Source of the DNA: Scyliorhinus canicula
Lineage: Eukaryota
NCBI RefSeq assembly: GCF_902713615.1
Contig: NW_024055499.1
Location: forward strand, 2,184,403 to 2,248,402
DNA: 64,000 bases
Reading direction: 5' to 3'
Shown here: one piece after another, positions 11,700 through 24,164 of the stretch
How the letters are laid out: each line of letters opens with the position of its first letter
Numbering within the stretch: position 1 is the first letter of the stretch
The notes under the pieces: model-generated
What the model was told of the DNA's origin: nothing
Database searches by the model: none
Seen by the model: only the letters and a program-made list of their open reading frames with translations
Made by a program: the position numbers and the translations under genes

Positions 11700-11935
11700 C
11701 TGGAGGCGCTGGCAAGGCCAGTTTATTATATATGCCTAAGGGTTCTTGGGAAAGTTTTGATGCGAAGCATCCTTGAATAGCTGCAGTCCATGTGGCGGAG
11801 GTATATCTGCAATATTGCTAGGGACGGAGGTCCAGAATTTTGACTCGGCGACAGTGAAGGATTGGCGGTGTGTTCCCAAATCAGGATGGTGAGTGTCCTG
11901 GAGGGAACTTGCAGGTTTTGGTGCCCATACATCAT
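11700..11935 (-). mobile_element. CR1/L2-type LINE 3' fragment
   Basis: Reverse homology to 14720-14930. Confidence 0.55.
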
Positions 11936-13705
11936 CACAAACACATACATACTCTCGCTCTCTACACATTCTCTCTCATCCTCACACAAACTCATTCTCT
12001 CACACATAATCACAATACTTCTTTCAAACATACACACTGTGCCTCACACGCATCACACACTCACAATCTCACTCACACACTGTGATGATCTCACTCACAC
12101 GCTCTCTCACTCACACACGCTCTATCTCACACGCGCTCTCTTTCACCAAATCCTGACACACCTTGTCTCACTCTCACACCCACTCTCAAACACACAGACC
12201 GTCTCTCTCCCTCACATACATGCATAATCATCTTCAAACGTAGCATTTTTTCTTTCAGGCTCTCTCTACACACATTCCCTTATATACACACACAATATCT
12301 CAGACGCACACAAACTCGCCAACACATTATTACTCTCTCACTCTCCCGCTCTCAGGCACTGTCACAAGTGCACCCGGGCACACCCTCTCTCTCTCTCATG
12401 GACACTGTCTCATTCTCTCTCTGACACACAATCTATTTCTCCTTTCAGGCATGCAGTATCTCACACTCTCTCACATTCTCTCTCGGACATACGTACTCTC
12501 TCTCATACGCACATTTTTCTCTCACACACTCCCTCTCGATCAGACACACTATCTCAGACACACAGTTATCTCTCCCACACACAGTCATATCCATAATCGC
12601 TCTTCAAACAGAAACATTCCTTCTTTCACACACACAATCTCAAACATACTATCTCTCTCCCTTTCTCTCACACACACTTCCACAGACACACATACGCACC
12701 CTGTCACACACATACATTCTGTCACCTGCTCTCTCTCCCATGCACAGTGTCACGTGTCTCTCTCACACAATCTCTCTTTCGCACATGCACACTCATAAAC
12801 AAAGACACACATACTCACACAAGCACTTATTTCTCTCACACACAAACACTGGTACATACATATCTCGTAAACACACTTTCTTTCACTCAAACACAGACAT
12901 GTTGTTTGGCACACTCTCACACGTTCTCTCATAAACACACAACTCGTCCGCACAATCTGTCCTTCTCTGACACACCGTCTCTCCCTCACACAGACACAAA
13001 CACTCGCACACAAACAGCATCTCGCAAACACACACATTCTCTCACTCAAACACACATGTTCTTTGGCACACTCTCACACACAAACGCGCCCCCACATTCT
13101 GTCTCTCTCTGACACACGTGGTCTCTCTCACTGTCTTCGGTACACATTCACATGCTCTCTAATCTCACACACTCAATCATACACACACTATCTCGAACTC
13201 ACGCACACAATCTGCCATGTACACACACTCTCACACACATTGCCTCTCTCACACACAAAATCTCACACACACATCCCCTCACACACACTCACACAGAAAC
13301 TCTCCCTTGCAGATTATTGTATTCTCCCTCTGACACCTATCTCACGTACATACATGTACTCTGTCTGTCTCTCTCTCTCTCACACACAGGAACGCACACA
13401 TAGGGACACACAGGAACACACACGTATGTTCACACACACTTACACTCAGACGCACAACACGGCAACACACACACGCAAGGAAACACACACACACTCAAGA
13501 GCACACATACACTCATCACACACACAGCAACACACAAACAGGAACAGACATACACGCTCACAGACCCACATGATCACCGAGGAACACGTACACAGGGATA
13601 CAGAGGGACACTCACACACACAGAGGAACAGACACACGCTCACACACACACACACATGAATACCTGGGAACACGCACACAAGGATACCACACACAAGAAC
13701 ACAAA
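11936..13705. repeat. CA/CT-rich low-complexity microsatellite region
   Basis: Degenerate (CA)n/(CT)n; the ORFs here are His/Thr/Ser artefacts. Confidence 0.9.
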
Positions 13706-13727
13706 GACAGCTGAGTGTGACTGTTCG

Positions 13728-14930
13728 TGACATCAAGGCAACATTTGAACCAGTGTTGCATTAAGGACCCCGAGCAAAACTGGAGTCAATGGGAATCGGG
13801 GGGAAATTCCCCGCTGGTTTGAGTCATACCGAGCGGAAGATGGTTTTGGTTTCTGGAGGTCAATCATCTCAGTTCCAGGACATCACTGCAGGGGTTCCTC
13901 AGTGTCGGTCCCACCATCTTTAGCTGCTTCAGCAATGACCTTCCAAAAGTCAGAAGTGGGGATTTTGGCTGATCATTGAATGATGTTCAGCACCATTCAC
14001 GACTCCGCAGTTACTGAAGCAGTCCATTGCTAAATGCAGCAAGATCTGGACTATATCCAGGCTTGGGCTGACAAGGGGAAAGGAACATTCGTACCAGACA
14101 AGTGCACGTAATGGACATCTCAAACAAGTGAAGATCGAACGATCACCCCAATGCCATTCAATGGAATTACCATCGCTGAATCTCCTGCTGACCATTGACC
14201 AGAAACTGAACTGGACTCGCCATATACACTGTGTGGCTGTGACAACAGGTCAGAGACTCGGAATTCTGCAACAAAAACACCTCCTGACGCCCCAAAGCCT
14301 GTCCACCATCTGCAACACCAAGTTAAAGTCCGACAGGTTTGTTTAGAATCCCTAGCTTTAGGAGCGCAGTCCTTCATCAGGTGAGTCACCTGAGTGAGAC
14401 TTCTTACTGTGCTCACCCCAGTCCAACGCCGGCAGCTCCATATCACGTCCACCATCTGCAAGGCACATTCAGGAGTGTGATGGAATGCTGTCCACTTGTC
14501 TGAATGAATACAGCTCCAACGACACTCAAAAACTGAACATCATCCAGGACAAAGTAGCCCGTGATTGGCACACCATCGACAACCACTCCCTCCCCCCACC
14601 ACTGAGGAACACTGGCAGCAGTGTGTAACACCAACAACATGCTCTGCAGGAACTCGTCATGGCTCCTTCGACAGCAGCTTCCAAACTCACAACAGCTACC
14701 ATCTGCACAAGGACAGCAGACACATGGGAACATCACCAACTGGAATTTCTCCATCCAGCCTCTCACCATCGTGATCTCCAAATATCACATTGTTCCTTCA
14801 CTGTCCATGATTCAAAATTCTGGAGCTGCCTCCCAAACACCACATGGACGGCAGTGGTTGAAGAATGAAGCTCACCACCATCTTCTCAATGGCACTGAGG
14901 GATGGGAAATAAATGCTGGCCCAGCCAGAG
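13728..14930 (+). mobile_element. CR1-clade LINE 3' portion (RT), degenerate
   Basis: Translates to DIKATF..V.H.G...KLESMGI.G, QDITAGVPQ and PTIFSCFSNDLP, matching CR1 RT motifs. Confidence 0.8.
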
Positions 14931-15084
14931 ACTCCTACAGCACAAAATGAAGAAAACACTCTGACACAATATGACAACAATTTTACGGCCTGAAATTGCC
15001 ATTTGTAAAATGAAAATCTCAAGTTGCAGGAATGTTCATTGTTGAAGTTCCGAATTGTTTTGCACAAAATGAAATTACATCGGC

Positions 15085-15278
15085 ATTAAAGCAGCTGCCC
15101 AGTGATCTACACTGCTGTCTGACTGTACACAGCCGGTGTTACTGAAAGTATTAAAGCAGCTGCCCAGTGATCTACACTGCTGTCTGACTGTACACAGCCG
15201 GTGTTGCTGAAAGTATTAAAGCAGCTGCCCAGTGATCTACACTGCTGTCTGACTGCACACAGCCGGTGTTACAGAAAG
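15085..15278 (+). repeat. Tandem repeat, 3 x 65 nt
   Basis: ATTAAAGCAGCTGCCCAGTGATCTACACTGCTGTCTGACTG.ACACAGCCGGTGTT..GAAAG starting at 15085, 15150 and 15215. Confidence 0.95.
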
Positions 15279-15449
15279 CTGATCAATGTGGAGAATCAGG
15301 ACAGGATGGATGGAGAGGAAGAGGAGGAGGTGGGGTGGTGGAGACAAATGGAAGAGCCCCCAGCTCGACTGTGGACAACAGTCAACAGGAAGCTGAGCCT
15401 GAGCGGAACCTCATCCAGAGGAACATCGTCCTAATGGGCTGGGAGCACC

Positions 15450-18400
15450 TGGGAAGGACCATCGCGGTCACTCACTCATCCACGCTCATTCGCCCTCACT
15501 CACCAGTCTTCACTCACTCACAATCACTCATTCACCCTCATTCATCTATCCTCAATGATACATCTTTCCTTAACAACCCTCACACCACCCTCCCACACCC
15601 ACAATCACACCCACCCTCACTCACTTACCCTCACTCACCCACCCACCCTGACACACTCTCACTCACCCACCCTCCCTGACACACTCTCACTCACCCCCCC
15701 CCGACAGACACTCACTCACCCACCCTCCCTGACACACTCACTCGCCCTCCCTAACACACTCTCACTCACCCACCCTCCCTGACACACTGTCACTCACCCA
15801 CCCTCCTAACACACTCTGACTCACCCACTCTCTGATACACTCACCCACCCTCCCTGACACACTCTGACTCACCCACTCTCGGTGATACACTCACCCACCC
15901 TCCCTGACACACACTCACTCACCCTCCCTGACACACTCTCACTCACCCACCCTCCCTGACACACTCTCACTCACCCACCCTCACTGACACACTTTCACCC
16001 ACACTCCCTGACACACACTCACTCACCCACCCTCCCTGACACACAGACACTCAGCCACCCTCCCTGACACTCTCATTCACCCACCCTCCCTGACACACTC
16101 TCACACACCCACCCTCCCTGACACACTCACTCACCCACCCTCCCTGACACACACTCACCCCACCCTGACACACCTCCCTGATCCACTCTCACTCATGCAC
16201 CCTCACTCACACACCCTACCTGACACACACACACTCACCCACCCTCCCTGACACACTCTCACTCATCCGCCCTTCCTGACACACACTCACTCACCTCCCT
16301 CTCTGACGCACACACACCCCCACCCTCCTCACACACTCTCACTCACCCACCCACCCTGACACACACTCACCCCCACACTCCCTGACAGACACTCATTCAC
16401 CCACCCTCCCTGACACATTTTCACTCACCCACCCTCCCTGATACTCTCTCACTCACTTACCCTCACTGACCACCTCTCACTCACCCACCCTTCCTGACAC
16501 ACACAGACTCACCCACCCCTCCCTCACTCACTCTCTCACCCACCCTACCTGACACACTCTCACTCACCTACCCAGACACACTCACCCAGCGTCCCTGACG
16601 CACTCTCTCTCACCCACCATCCCTGACACACACAGACTCATCCACCCTCCCTCACTCACTCTCTCACCCAACCTCCCTGACACACTCTCACTCACCCACC
16701 CAGACACACTCACCCAGCCTCCCTGACGCACTCTCACTCACCCACCCTCCCACACTTCCTCACTCACCCACTCTCCCTCACTCACTCACTCACCCACACT
16801 TCCTCACTCACTCACTCACCCACCCTCCCTGACACACTTCATTCACCACCCACCCTGACACACTCACCAGCCTCCCTGACACACTCTCACTCACCCACCC
16901 ACCCTGACAAACTCTCTCACACACCCTCCCTGACACACTCTCACTCACCCACCCTCCTGCCCACACACTCATGACCCACATTCCCTGACACACACTCACC
17001 ACCCCCCCCCATCCCTCCCTGACAGACACTCACTCACACACCCTCCCCGACACACTTTCAATCACTCACCTCCCTGACACACAGTCACTCACACACCCTC
17101 CCTGACACACTTTCCCTCACCCACTCTACTGACACACTCTCACACACCCCCCGTGACACCCTCTCACACACCCACCCCATCCCTGACACACCACACTCTC
17201 ACCCACCCTCCCTGAAACTCTCACACACCCACCCTACCTGACACACTCTCACTCACCCACCCTCCCTGACACACTCTCACTCATCCACCCTCCCTGACAC
17301 ACACTCACCCCACCCCACCCTCCCTACCACACTCCACTTACCCACCCCTTGACATACTTTCACTCACCCCACTCTCCCCGACACACTCTCACACCCACGT
17401 GACACACTCTCACACACCCACCCCCTCAATGACACACACACTCTCTCCCACCCTCCCTGACACACTCTCACTCACCCACCCCTCCCTGACACACTCTCAC
17501 ACGCCCAACCCAGCCTGACACGCTTTCACTCACCCACACTCCCTGACACACACACTCACCCACCCTCCCTGACACACACACTCTCACCCACCTCCCTGAC
17601 ACACTCTCACTCACCCACCCTCCCTGACAAACTCTCACTCACCACCCTCCCTGACACATTCTCACTCACCCACCCTCCCTGACACACTCTCACTCGCCCA
17701 CCCTCCCTGACACACACACTCACCACCCTCCCTGGCACACTCTCACTCGCCCACCCTCCCTGACACACACACACTCACCCACCCTCCCTGGCACACTCTC
17801 ACTCCCCCAATGACACACACACTCTGACCCACCCTCCCTCACACACTCTCACACCACCCACCCTCTCTGACACACTCTCACTCACCCACCCTCCCTGACA
17901 CACACACACTCACCCACCCTCACCTGGCACACTCTCACTCCCCCCACCCTCCCTGACACACTTTCACTCACCCACCATCCCTGACACACACTCACTGACC
18001 CACCCTCCCTGACACATCACTAACCCATCCTCCCTGACAGACCCTAACTCACCCACCCTCCCTGACACACTCACTGACCCTCCCTCCCTGACACACACTC
18101 ACTCACCCACCCTCCCTGGACCCACTCTCACCCATCCACCCTGACACACTTTCACTCACACACCCTCCCTGACACACTCTCACTCACCCACAAACCCTGA
18201 CACAATTTCACTCCCTCACCCTCACACACACAGTCACCCATCCTCATTCACCACCACTCGCCCTGATTGACTCACCCTTTCAGGCCCAACCTAACTCGTT
18301 CACCCTCACCACACACTCTCACCCCACTCATCCTCAAACCAACGCCCCATCCTGATTCATCCTCACCCACTCTCCTTCAGGCTCTCACCCTCACTCAGTC

Positions 18401-19940
18401 ACCCCCCCCCCCCACACTCATCCCCCACCCTCACTCCACACACCCTCACTCCCCCACCCCACACACCACCCTCACGCACGCTTATTCACTCACCCACACT
18501 CACCACACCCACCCTCACGCACCCTCAATCAGTAACCCACCCCTCACTGACACATTCAATCTCCCCCCTCACTCAAATACCACCACCCACCCTAACTCCC
18601 CCACACTCACTCACCCTCCAATCCACCATCGCTCTCGAATCCCCCTCACACATCCACCCTGACTCATTTATACTCCCTCACCAGCCTCACTCATTCACCC
18701 TCACAAGACTCGCACCTACCCTCTTTCACACACCTTCACTCACAGATCCTTACCCTTCCTCACTCATACACCCTCACTCATTCACATTCCCTCATACACC
18801 CTTATTGAGACACCCTCACCAGACGCACCCACCCTCTGTCACCCACTACACTCACCCCCACTCACCCACCCATCCTCACACACCTCATTTACCCTCACCC
18901 ATCCCTCACTCACCCTCACTCACTCAACCACCATCACACACCCACCCTCGCGCACCACCCACACTCATTCTCTGCCACTCACACATCCTCACTCACCTTC
19001 GCACACCCACTAATTCTCAATGACTCACCTCACTCACTGAGCCACACTTACATCCTCACTGACCCGCACTCACTCATACATCCTCCCTCAACCATCCTCA
19101 CTCAATCACCCTCACTCGACCACGGTCACTGACTCCCCCTCATTCATTCACCCACTACATTCACTCACCAGCAGTTGACCCCCGACTCACCCAAGCTCAC
19201 TCACTCACCGACCCCCTGACTCACCCACCCTCGCTCACTCCTGTTCATTGACTCTAACTACACAACCTCATTCACCCAGCGGCACTCATTCCTGCGTCTC
19301 ACTCACTCTCCCTCACCCATCTTGGCTCATTCGTGCTCGGTGACACAGCCTCACCCATTACCCTCACTCAGTCATTCACTCTGATCTGCCACTCATCAAC
19401 ACTAATACATCCTCAATCAGCCAACTCAATCACCCGCACTCACTCTCCTACCCTCACTCAGTTACTCACTAACCACACTCACTCTCCTACCGTCACTCAG
19501 TTACTCACTCACACACACTCACTCTCCTACCCTCACTCAGTTACTCACTCACCCACACTCACTCTCCTATCCTATCTCAGTTACTCACTCACCCACACTC
19601 ACTCTCCTACCCTCACTCAGTTACCCACTCACACTCACTCTCCTACCCTCACTCAGTTACTCACTCACCCACACTCACTCTCCTACCCTCACTCAGTTAC
19701 TCACTCACCCACACTCACTCTCCTATCCTCACTCAGTTACTCACTCACCCGCACTCACTCTCCTACCCTCACTCAGTTACTCACTCACCCACACTCATTC
19801 CCCTACCCTCACTCAGTTACTCACTCACCCGCACTCACTCGCCTACCCTAACTCACTTACTCACTCATCCCCACTCACCCTCCTACACTCACTCAGTTAC
19901 TCACCACACCACACTCACTCTCCTACCCTCACTCAGTTTA
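15450..19940 (+). repeat. C-rich (G-poor) minisatellite array: ~28-nt unit, then a 40-nt unit
   Basis: CACCCACCCTCCCTGACACACTCTCACT over ~15600-18250; CTCACTCAGTTACTCACTCACCCACACTCACTCTCCTACC with 40-nt period over ~19430-19940. Confidence 0.95.
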
Positions 19941-20086
19941 CTCACTCATCCTCTCTCTCTGATGCTCAGGAAATGGGCAAGGGAGCGTCTGCAACGGGGG
20001 AGGAATAGAGAACTGGAGCGAAACTGATGTCCAGTGGCGCCCGAATGTGGCGGCATGACACGGGATGCCGGGAGCCAGAGGAAGGA

Positions 20087-21730
20087 ACAGAGAGCCGGGG
20101 AAAGTGCGGAGAGCCGGGGGAAGGGGCAGAGAGCCGGGCGAAGGGGCAGAGAGCCGCGGGAAGGGGCAGAGAGCCGCGGGAAGGGGCAGAGAGCAGGGGG
20201 AAGGGGCAGAGAGCCGGGGGAAGGGGCAGAGAGCGGGGAAGGGTCAGAGAGCCGGGGGAATTAGCCGAGAGCCGGGGAGAAGGAGCCGAGAGCCGGGGGG
20301 GGGGGGGGGCAGAGAGCCGGGGAAGGTGCCGAGAGCCGGGGGCAGGAGAAGAGAGCCGGAGGAAGGAGCAGAGAGCCAGGGGAAGGCGCAGAGAGCCGGG
20401 GGAAGGGGCAGAGAGCCGGGGGAAGGGGCAGAGAGCCGGGGGAAGGGGCAGAGAGCCGGGGGAAGGGGCAGAGAGCCGGGGGAAGGAGCAGGGAGCCGGG
20501 GGAAGGGGAGAGAGCCGGGGAAGGAGCAGAGAGTCGGGGGAAGGGGCAGGGAGCCGCAGGAAGGAGCAGAGAGCCGGGGGATGGAGCAGAGAGCCGGGGG
20601 AAGGGGCAGAGAGCCGGGGGAAGGAGCAGAGAGCCAGGGGAGGGGCAGAGAGCCGGGGGAAGGTGCAGAAAGCCGGGGGAAGGAGCCGAGAGCCGGGGGA
20701 AAGTGCGGAGAGCCGGGGGAAGGAGCCGAGAGACGGCGAAAAGGCAGAGTTGGGAGGAAAGCACAGAGATGCAGGGGCATGGGCAGAGATGCAGGGGAAA
20801 GGGCAGGGATGAAGGGAAAGGGCAGAGATGCAGGGGAATGGGCAGAGATGCAGTGGAAAGGGCAGAGATGCAGGGGAATGGCCAGAGATGCAGTGGAAAG
20901 GGCAGAGATGCAGGGGAATGGGCAGAGATGCAGGGGAATGGGCAGAGATGCAAGGGAAAGGGCAGAGATGCAGGGGAAAGGGCAGAGATGCAGTGGAAAG
21001 GGCAGAGATGCAGGGGAATGGGCAGAGATGCAGGGGAATGGGCAGAGATGCAAGGGAAAGGGCAGAGATGCAGGGGAAAGGGCAGAGATGCAGTGAAATG
21101 GGCAGAGATGCAGGGGAATGGGCGGAGATGCAGGGGAAAGGGCAGAGATGCAGGGGAATGGGCAGAGATGCAGGGAGTGGGCAGAGATGCAGGGGAATGG
21201 GCAGAGATGCAGGGGAAGGGGCAGAGATGCAGAGGAAAGGGCAGAGATGAAGGGGAATGGGCAGAGATGCAGCGGAACACACAGAGAGCTGTAGAAAAGG
21301 ACAGGGAGCTGGAAGGAAGTGCAGGGAGCAAGGGAAAGGTGCAGAGAGCCGGGGGGCAAGTGGGAGTGCAGGAGTCGGGAGAAGTGCAGGGAGCCGGGGG
21401 AAGGCGCCAAGAGCCGGGGAAGCAGCAGAGAGCCGGGGGAAGGGACAGAGAGCCGGGGGAGGAGCAGAGAGCCGGGGGAAGGCGCAGAGAGCCGGGGGGA
21501 GGCGCAGAGAGCCGGGGAAGGGGCAGAGAGCCGGGGGAAGTGGCAGAGAGCCGGGGGAAGGAGCAGAGAGCCCGGGGGTGGAGCAGAGAGCCGGGGGAAG
21601 GGGCAGAGAGCCGGGGGAAGGAGCAGAGAGCCGGGGGAAGGCGCAGAGAGCCGGGGGGAGGCGCAGAGAGCCGGGGGGAGGGGCAGAGAGCCGGGGGAAG
21701 GGGCAGAGAGTTGGCGCAAGTGCAGAGAGC
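20087..21730 (+). repeat. G-rich 20-nt tandem array with A-B-A structure (switch-region-like)
   Basis: Unit A GGCAGAGAGCCGGGGGAAGG (~20087-20735 and ~21405-21730); unit B GGGCAGAGATGCAGGGGAAW (~20761-21272). Confidence 0.95.
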
Positions 21731-22352
21731 CGGACGAAAGTCCATAGAGTGGGCGATAAGCCATAAGAATCGGGGTAAAGCGCACAGTGCTGGCGAAATG
21801 TTCAAAAAGCCCGGGGAAAGTGCAGGAACCGGGAAAAGTCGAAAGAACTGGGAAAGTGCAGCGCACATGGGCAAAGAGCCGTTGAAAAGAGCAGAGAGCT
21901 AAACGATAGTGAAGGGACAAGGAGGAAGGTGCAGCAATCCAGCGGGAACCGCAGAGAGATGGGGGACGCACAGGGAGCGCGGGGCGGGGGGTGGGGGGAT
22001 CGCAGACAGCCCGGTCTCAGTGACAGGCGGAATGTGGGGTTAACACCACAATCAGCACAGCCGGGATCTTATTGAATGGGGGAGGAGACTCCACGGATTG
22101 AATGGCCTCCTCCTGCTGTCAATGTGCATGGTCCTAAAATTAGTGAATGTTGCAATTACTCAAATGTAGAGTTTTATTGTAATTATATAAAGATGCATTC
22201 AGAAGGTGTTTTTGAAGCAAAGCCACTATTCTCTGGTTTGGGGAGTGGGAGTAGTGAGATGGAGAGAGGAGGGGCATCAGTCAGTTTGAACAAAGGGAAT
22301 TTCCCAAAACTGCAAAGATACAAATGAAGAGACAACTTTTGTAAGACAAATT

Positions 22353-22846
22353 GATTGTGACGTACACAGCTCAATTAGCTGGATTATGACCTACACAGCT
22401 CAGTTAGCTGGATTGTGACGTACACAGATCAGTTCGCTGGATTGTGAAGTAGCCAGCTCAGTTAGCTGGATTGTGACGTACACAGCTCAGTCAGTTGGTT
22501 TGTGACGTACACAGCTCAGTCAGTTGGTTTGTGACGTACACAGCTCAGTCAGTTGGTTTGTGACGTACACAGCTCAGTTAGCTGGTTTGTGACGTACACA
22601 GCTCAGTCAGTTGGTTTGTGAGTACACAGCTCAGTTAGCTGGATTGTGACGTACACAGCTCAGTTAGCTGGATTGTGACGTACACAGCTCAGTTAGCTGG
22701 ATTGTGACGTACACAGCTCAGTCAGCTGGATTGTGACGTACACAGCTCAGTTTGCTGGATTGTGACGTACACAGCTCAGTTAGCTGGATTGTGACGTACA
22801 CAGCTCAGTTTGCTGGATTGTGACGTACACAGCTCAGTTCGCTGGA
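22353..22846 (+). repeat. 29-nt tandem array, about 17 copies, GATTGTGACGTACACAGCTCAGTTAGCTG
   Basis: 29-nt period read directly; the last unit runs into a SINE body. Confidence 0.95.
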
Positions 22847-23025
22847 CGGCTGGTTCGTGACGAAGAGCGATCCCAACAGCGTGGGTACGATTGCTGTACC
22901 GGCTGAGGTTATTCATGAAGACCCCCATTCTCAACCTTGCTCCTGGCCTGATGTGTGGTAACCCTCATGTTAAATCACCACAGTCAGCTCTCAAAGGGAA
23001 AGAACAGTCTCCGGGACTATGGCCT
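22830..23025 (+). mobile_element. tRNA-derived SINE whose 5' head is amplified into the 29-mer array
   Basis: AGCTCAGTTCGCTGGACGGCTGGTTCGTGA...GTACCGGCTGAGGTTATTCATGAAG matches the copy at 41262-41492. Confidence 0.8.
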
Positions 23026-23348
23026 CATTTGCATTTTATATTACATGGTGGCTGAAATAATGGGGGAAACGCTCTGCTCTTCTCTTTCAATCCAATGAAA
23101 GTTACACCATTCAGATTACATCAAAATATGTTTTTTTATAGAGACGGAGAAAGAGGTGAGTTTCTGAAGAAGGGACAAAAAGTAGGTGATTCCGAACGAT
23201 AGAACTGATAGAAGATTCAATGTGGATGTGCGATTTAATCGGAAATGTTAGGATAAAATCATAGTTCTAGTCAAATTATGAAATGCTTGGTTACTTATAA
23301 ATCACAAATACCAGAGTCTAACTTGCTGAATGGGCCATTCTCCCCCAG

Positions 23349-23648
23349 TGACACCGACTCCGCCCACTCTCTACAGTCTGGTCTCCTCCTGTCAGCAACA
23401 TAACACCGACGGCTCCGTGACCTACGGCTGTTTGGCGATGGACTACTCCCCAGAAATCACCAGCCTCACCTGGAAGAACGATGGGCAGCTGATCACCACT
23501 GGAGTTAAGAAATACCCATCAGTAAAAAACAAGAAGGGAACCTACACCCTGAGCAGCCAGTTAACCATCACCGAGTCAGAGGGGGGATGCAGCAACATCA
23601 GCTGTGAGGTTCGACACAGCGGCTCAGACAAGAGCATTGGAATGGAAT
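23349..23648 (+). CDS. IGHM: IgM constant exon Cmu1
   Basis: Acceptor CCCCCAG; (V)[14 protein letters not shown]...[17 protein letters not shown]...ISCEVRH...GME; donor GTAAG at 23649. Ig C1-set Cys/Trp are present. Confidence 0.93.
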
Positions 23649-23855
23649 GTAAGTGTTGTGGAACTGTGAGAAATAGAAAACCTATGATTACCTTATATAG
23701 GGTCTTGGATATAACTCATTTGTAATACTCTGCATATTCCTGATCCCTGGAAAATCCAGCTTAGTGTCTATTGACCACAAACATTTTTTAAGTATATGAA
23801 CTCATTTTGTTTATCAATTTCTTCTGCAAGAAATATCTCATTGTGTTTCTTGAAG

Positions 23856-24164
23856 GTCCCAAAATTTATGCTCCAAATGTTCTCCTCACCGTGAGTTCCA
23901 GTGAAGAAATCACAAGACAGAAATTTGCAACCATCGTCTGTTCAATTAACGATTTCCAGCCAAATTCAATGACGGTGAAGTGGCTGAAGAGTGGACAAGC
24001 CATGGGTTCAGGAATTGTCACCTCTTCCGTCTGTGAAGTGAACGGGAACTTCTCGGCGAGCAGTCGGCTGACAGTCTCCGCTGGGGAATGGTTCAGCAAA
24101 GCGGTCTACACCTGCCAGGTCACTCATCAAGAGGTCACCCAAAGTCACAACATCACCGCATCTG
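23856..24164 (+). CDS. IGHM: IgM constant exon Cmu2
   Basis: [12 protein letters not shown]...[21 protein letters not shown]...YTCQVTHQ...NITAS; donor GTAAG at 24165. Confidence 0.93.

Noticed and set aside
11700-14930. Inverted CR1-type ends flanking the CA-rich block, like a composite element
   Set aside because: The copies are highly diverged, of different extent and lack a TSD; independent insertions are more likely.
11726-19851. His/Thr/Pro/Ser-rich ORFs
   Set aside because: Artefacts of (CA)n and CACT/CCCT low-complexity repeats.
19966-21971. Long ORFs (up to 575 aa) on both strands
   Set aside because: They are translations of the 20-nt G-rich tandem array, which lacks stops by composition; there is no evidence they are genes.
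22353-22846. CRISPR-like appearance of the 29-nt repeats
   Set aside because: The repeats are head-to-tail with no unique spacers, the context is vertebrate, and they derive from a SINE head.
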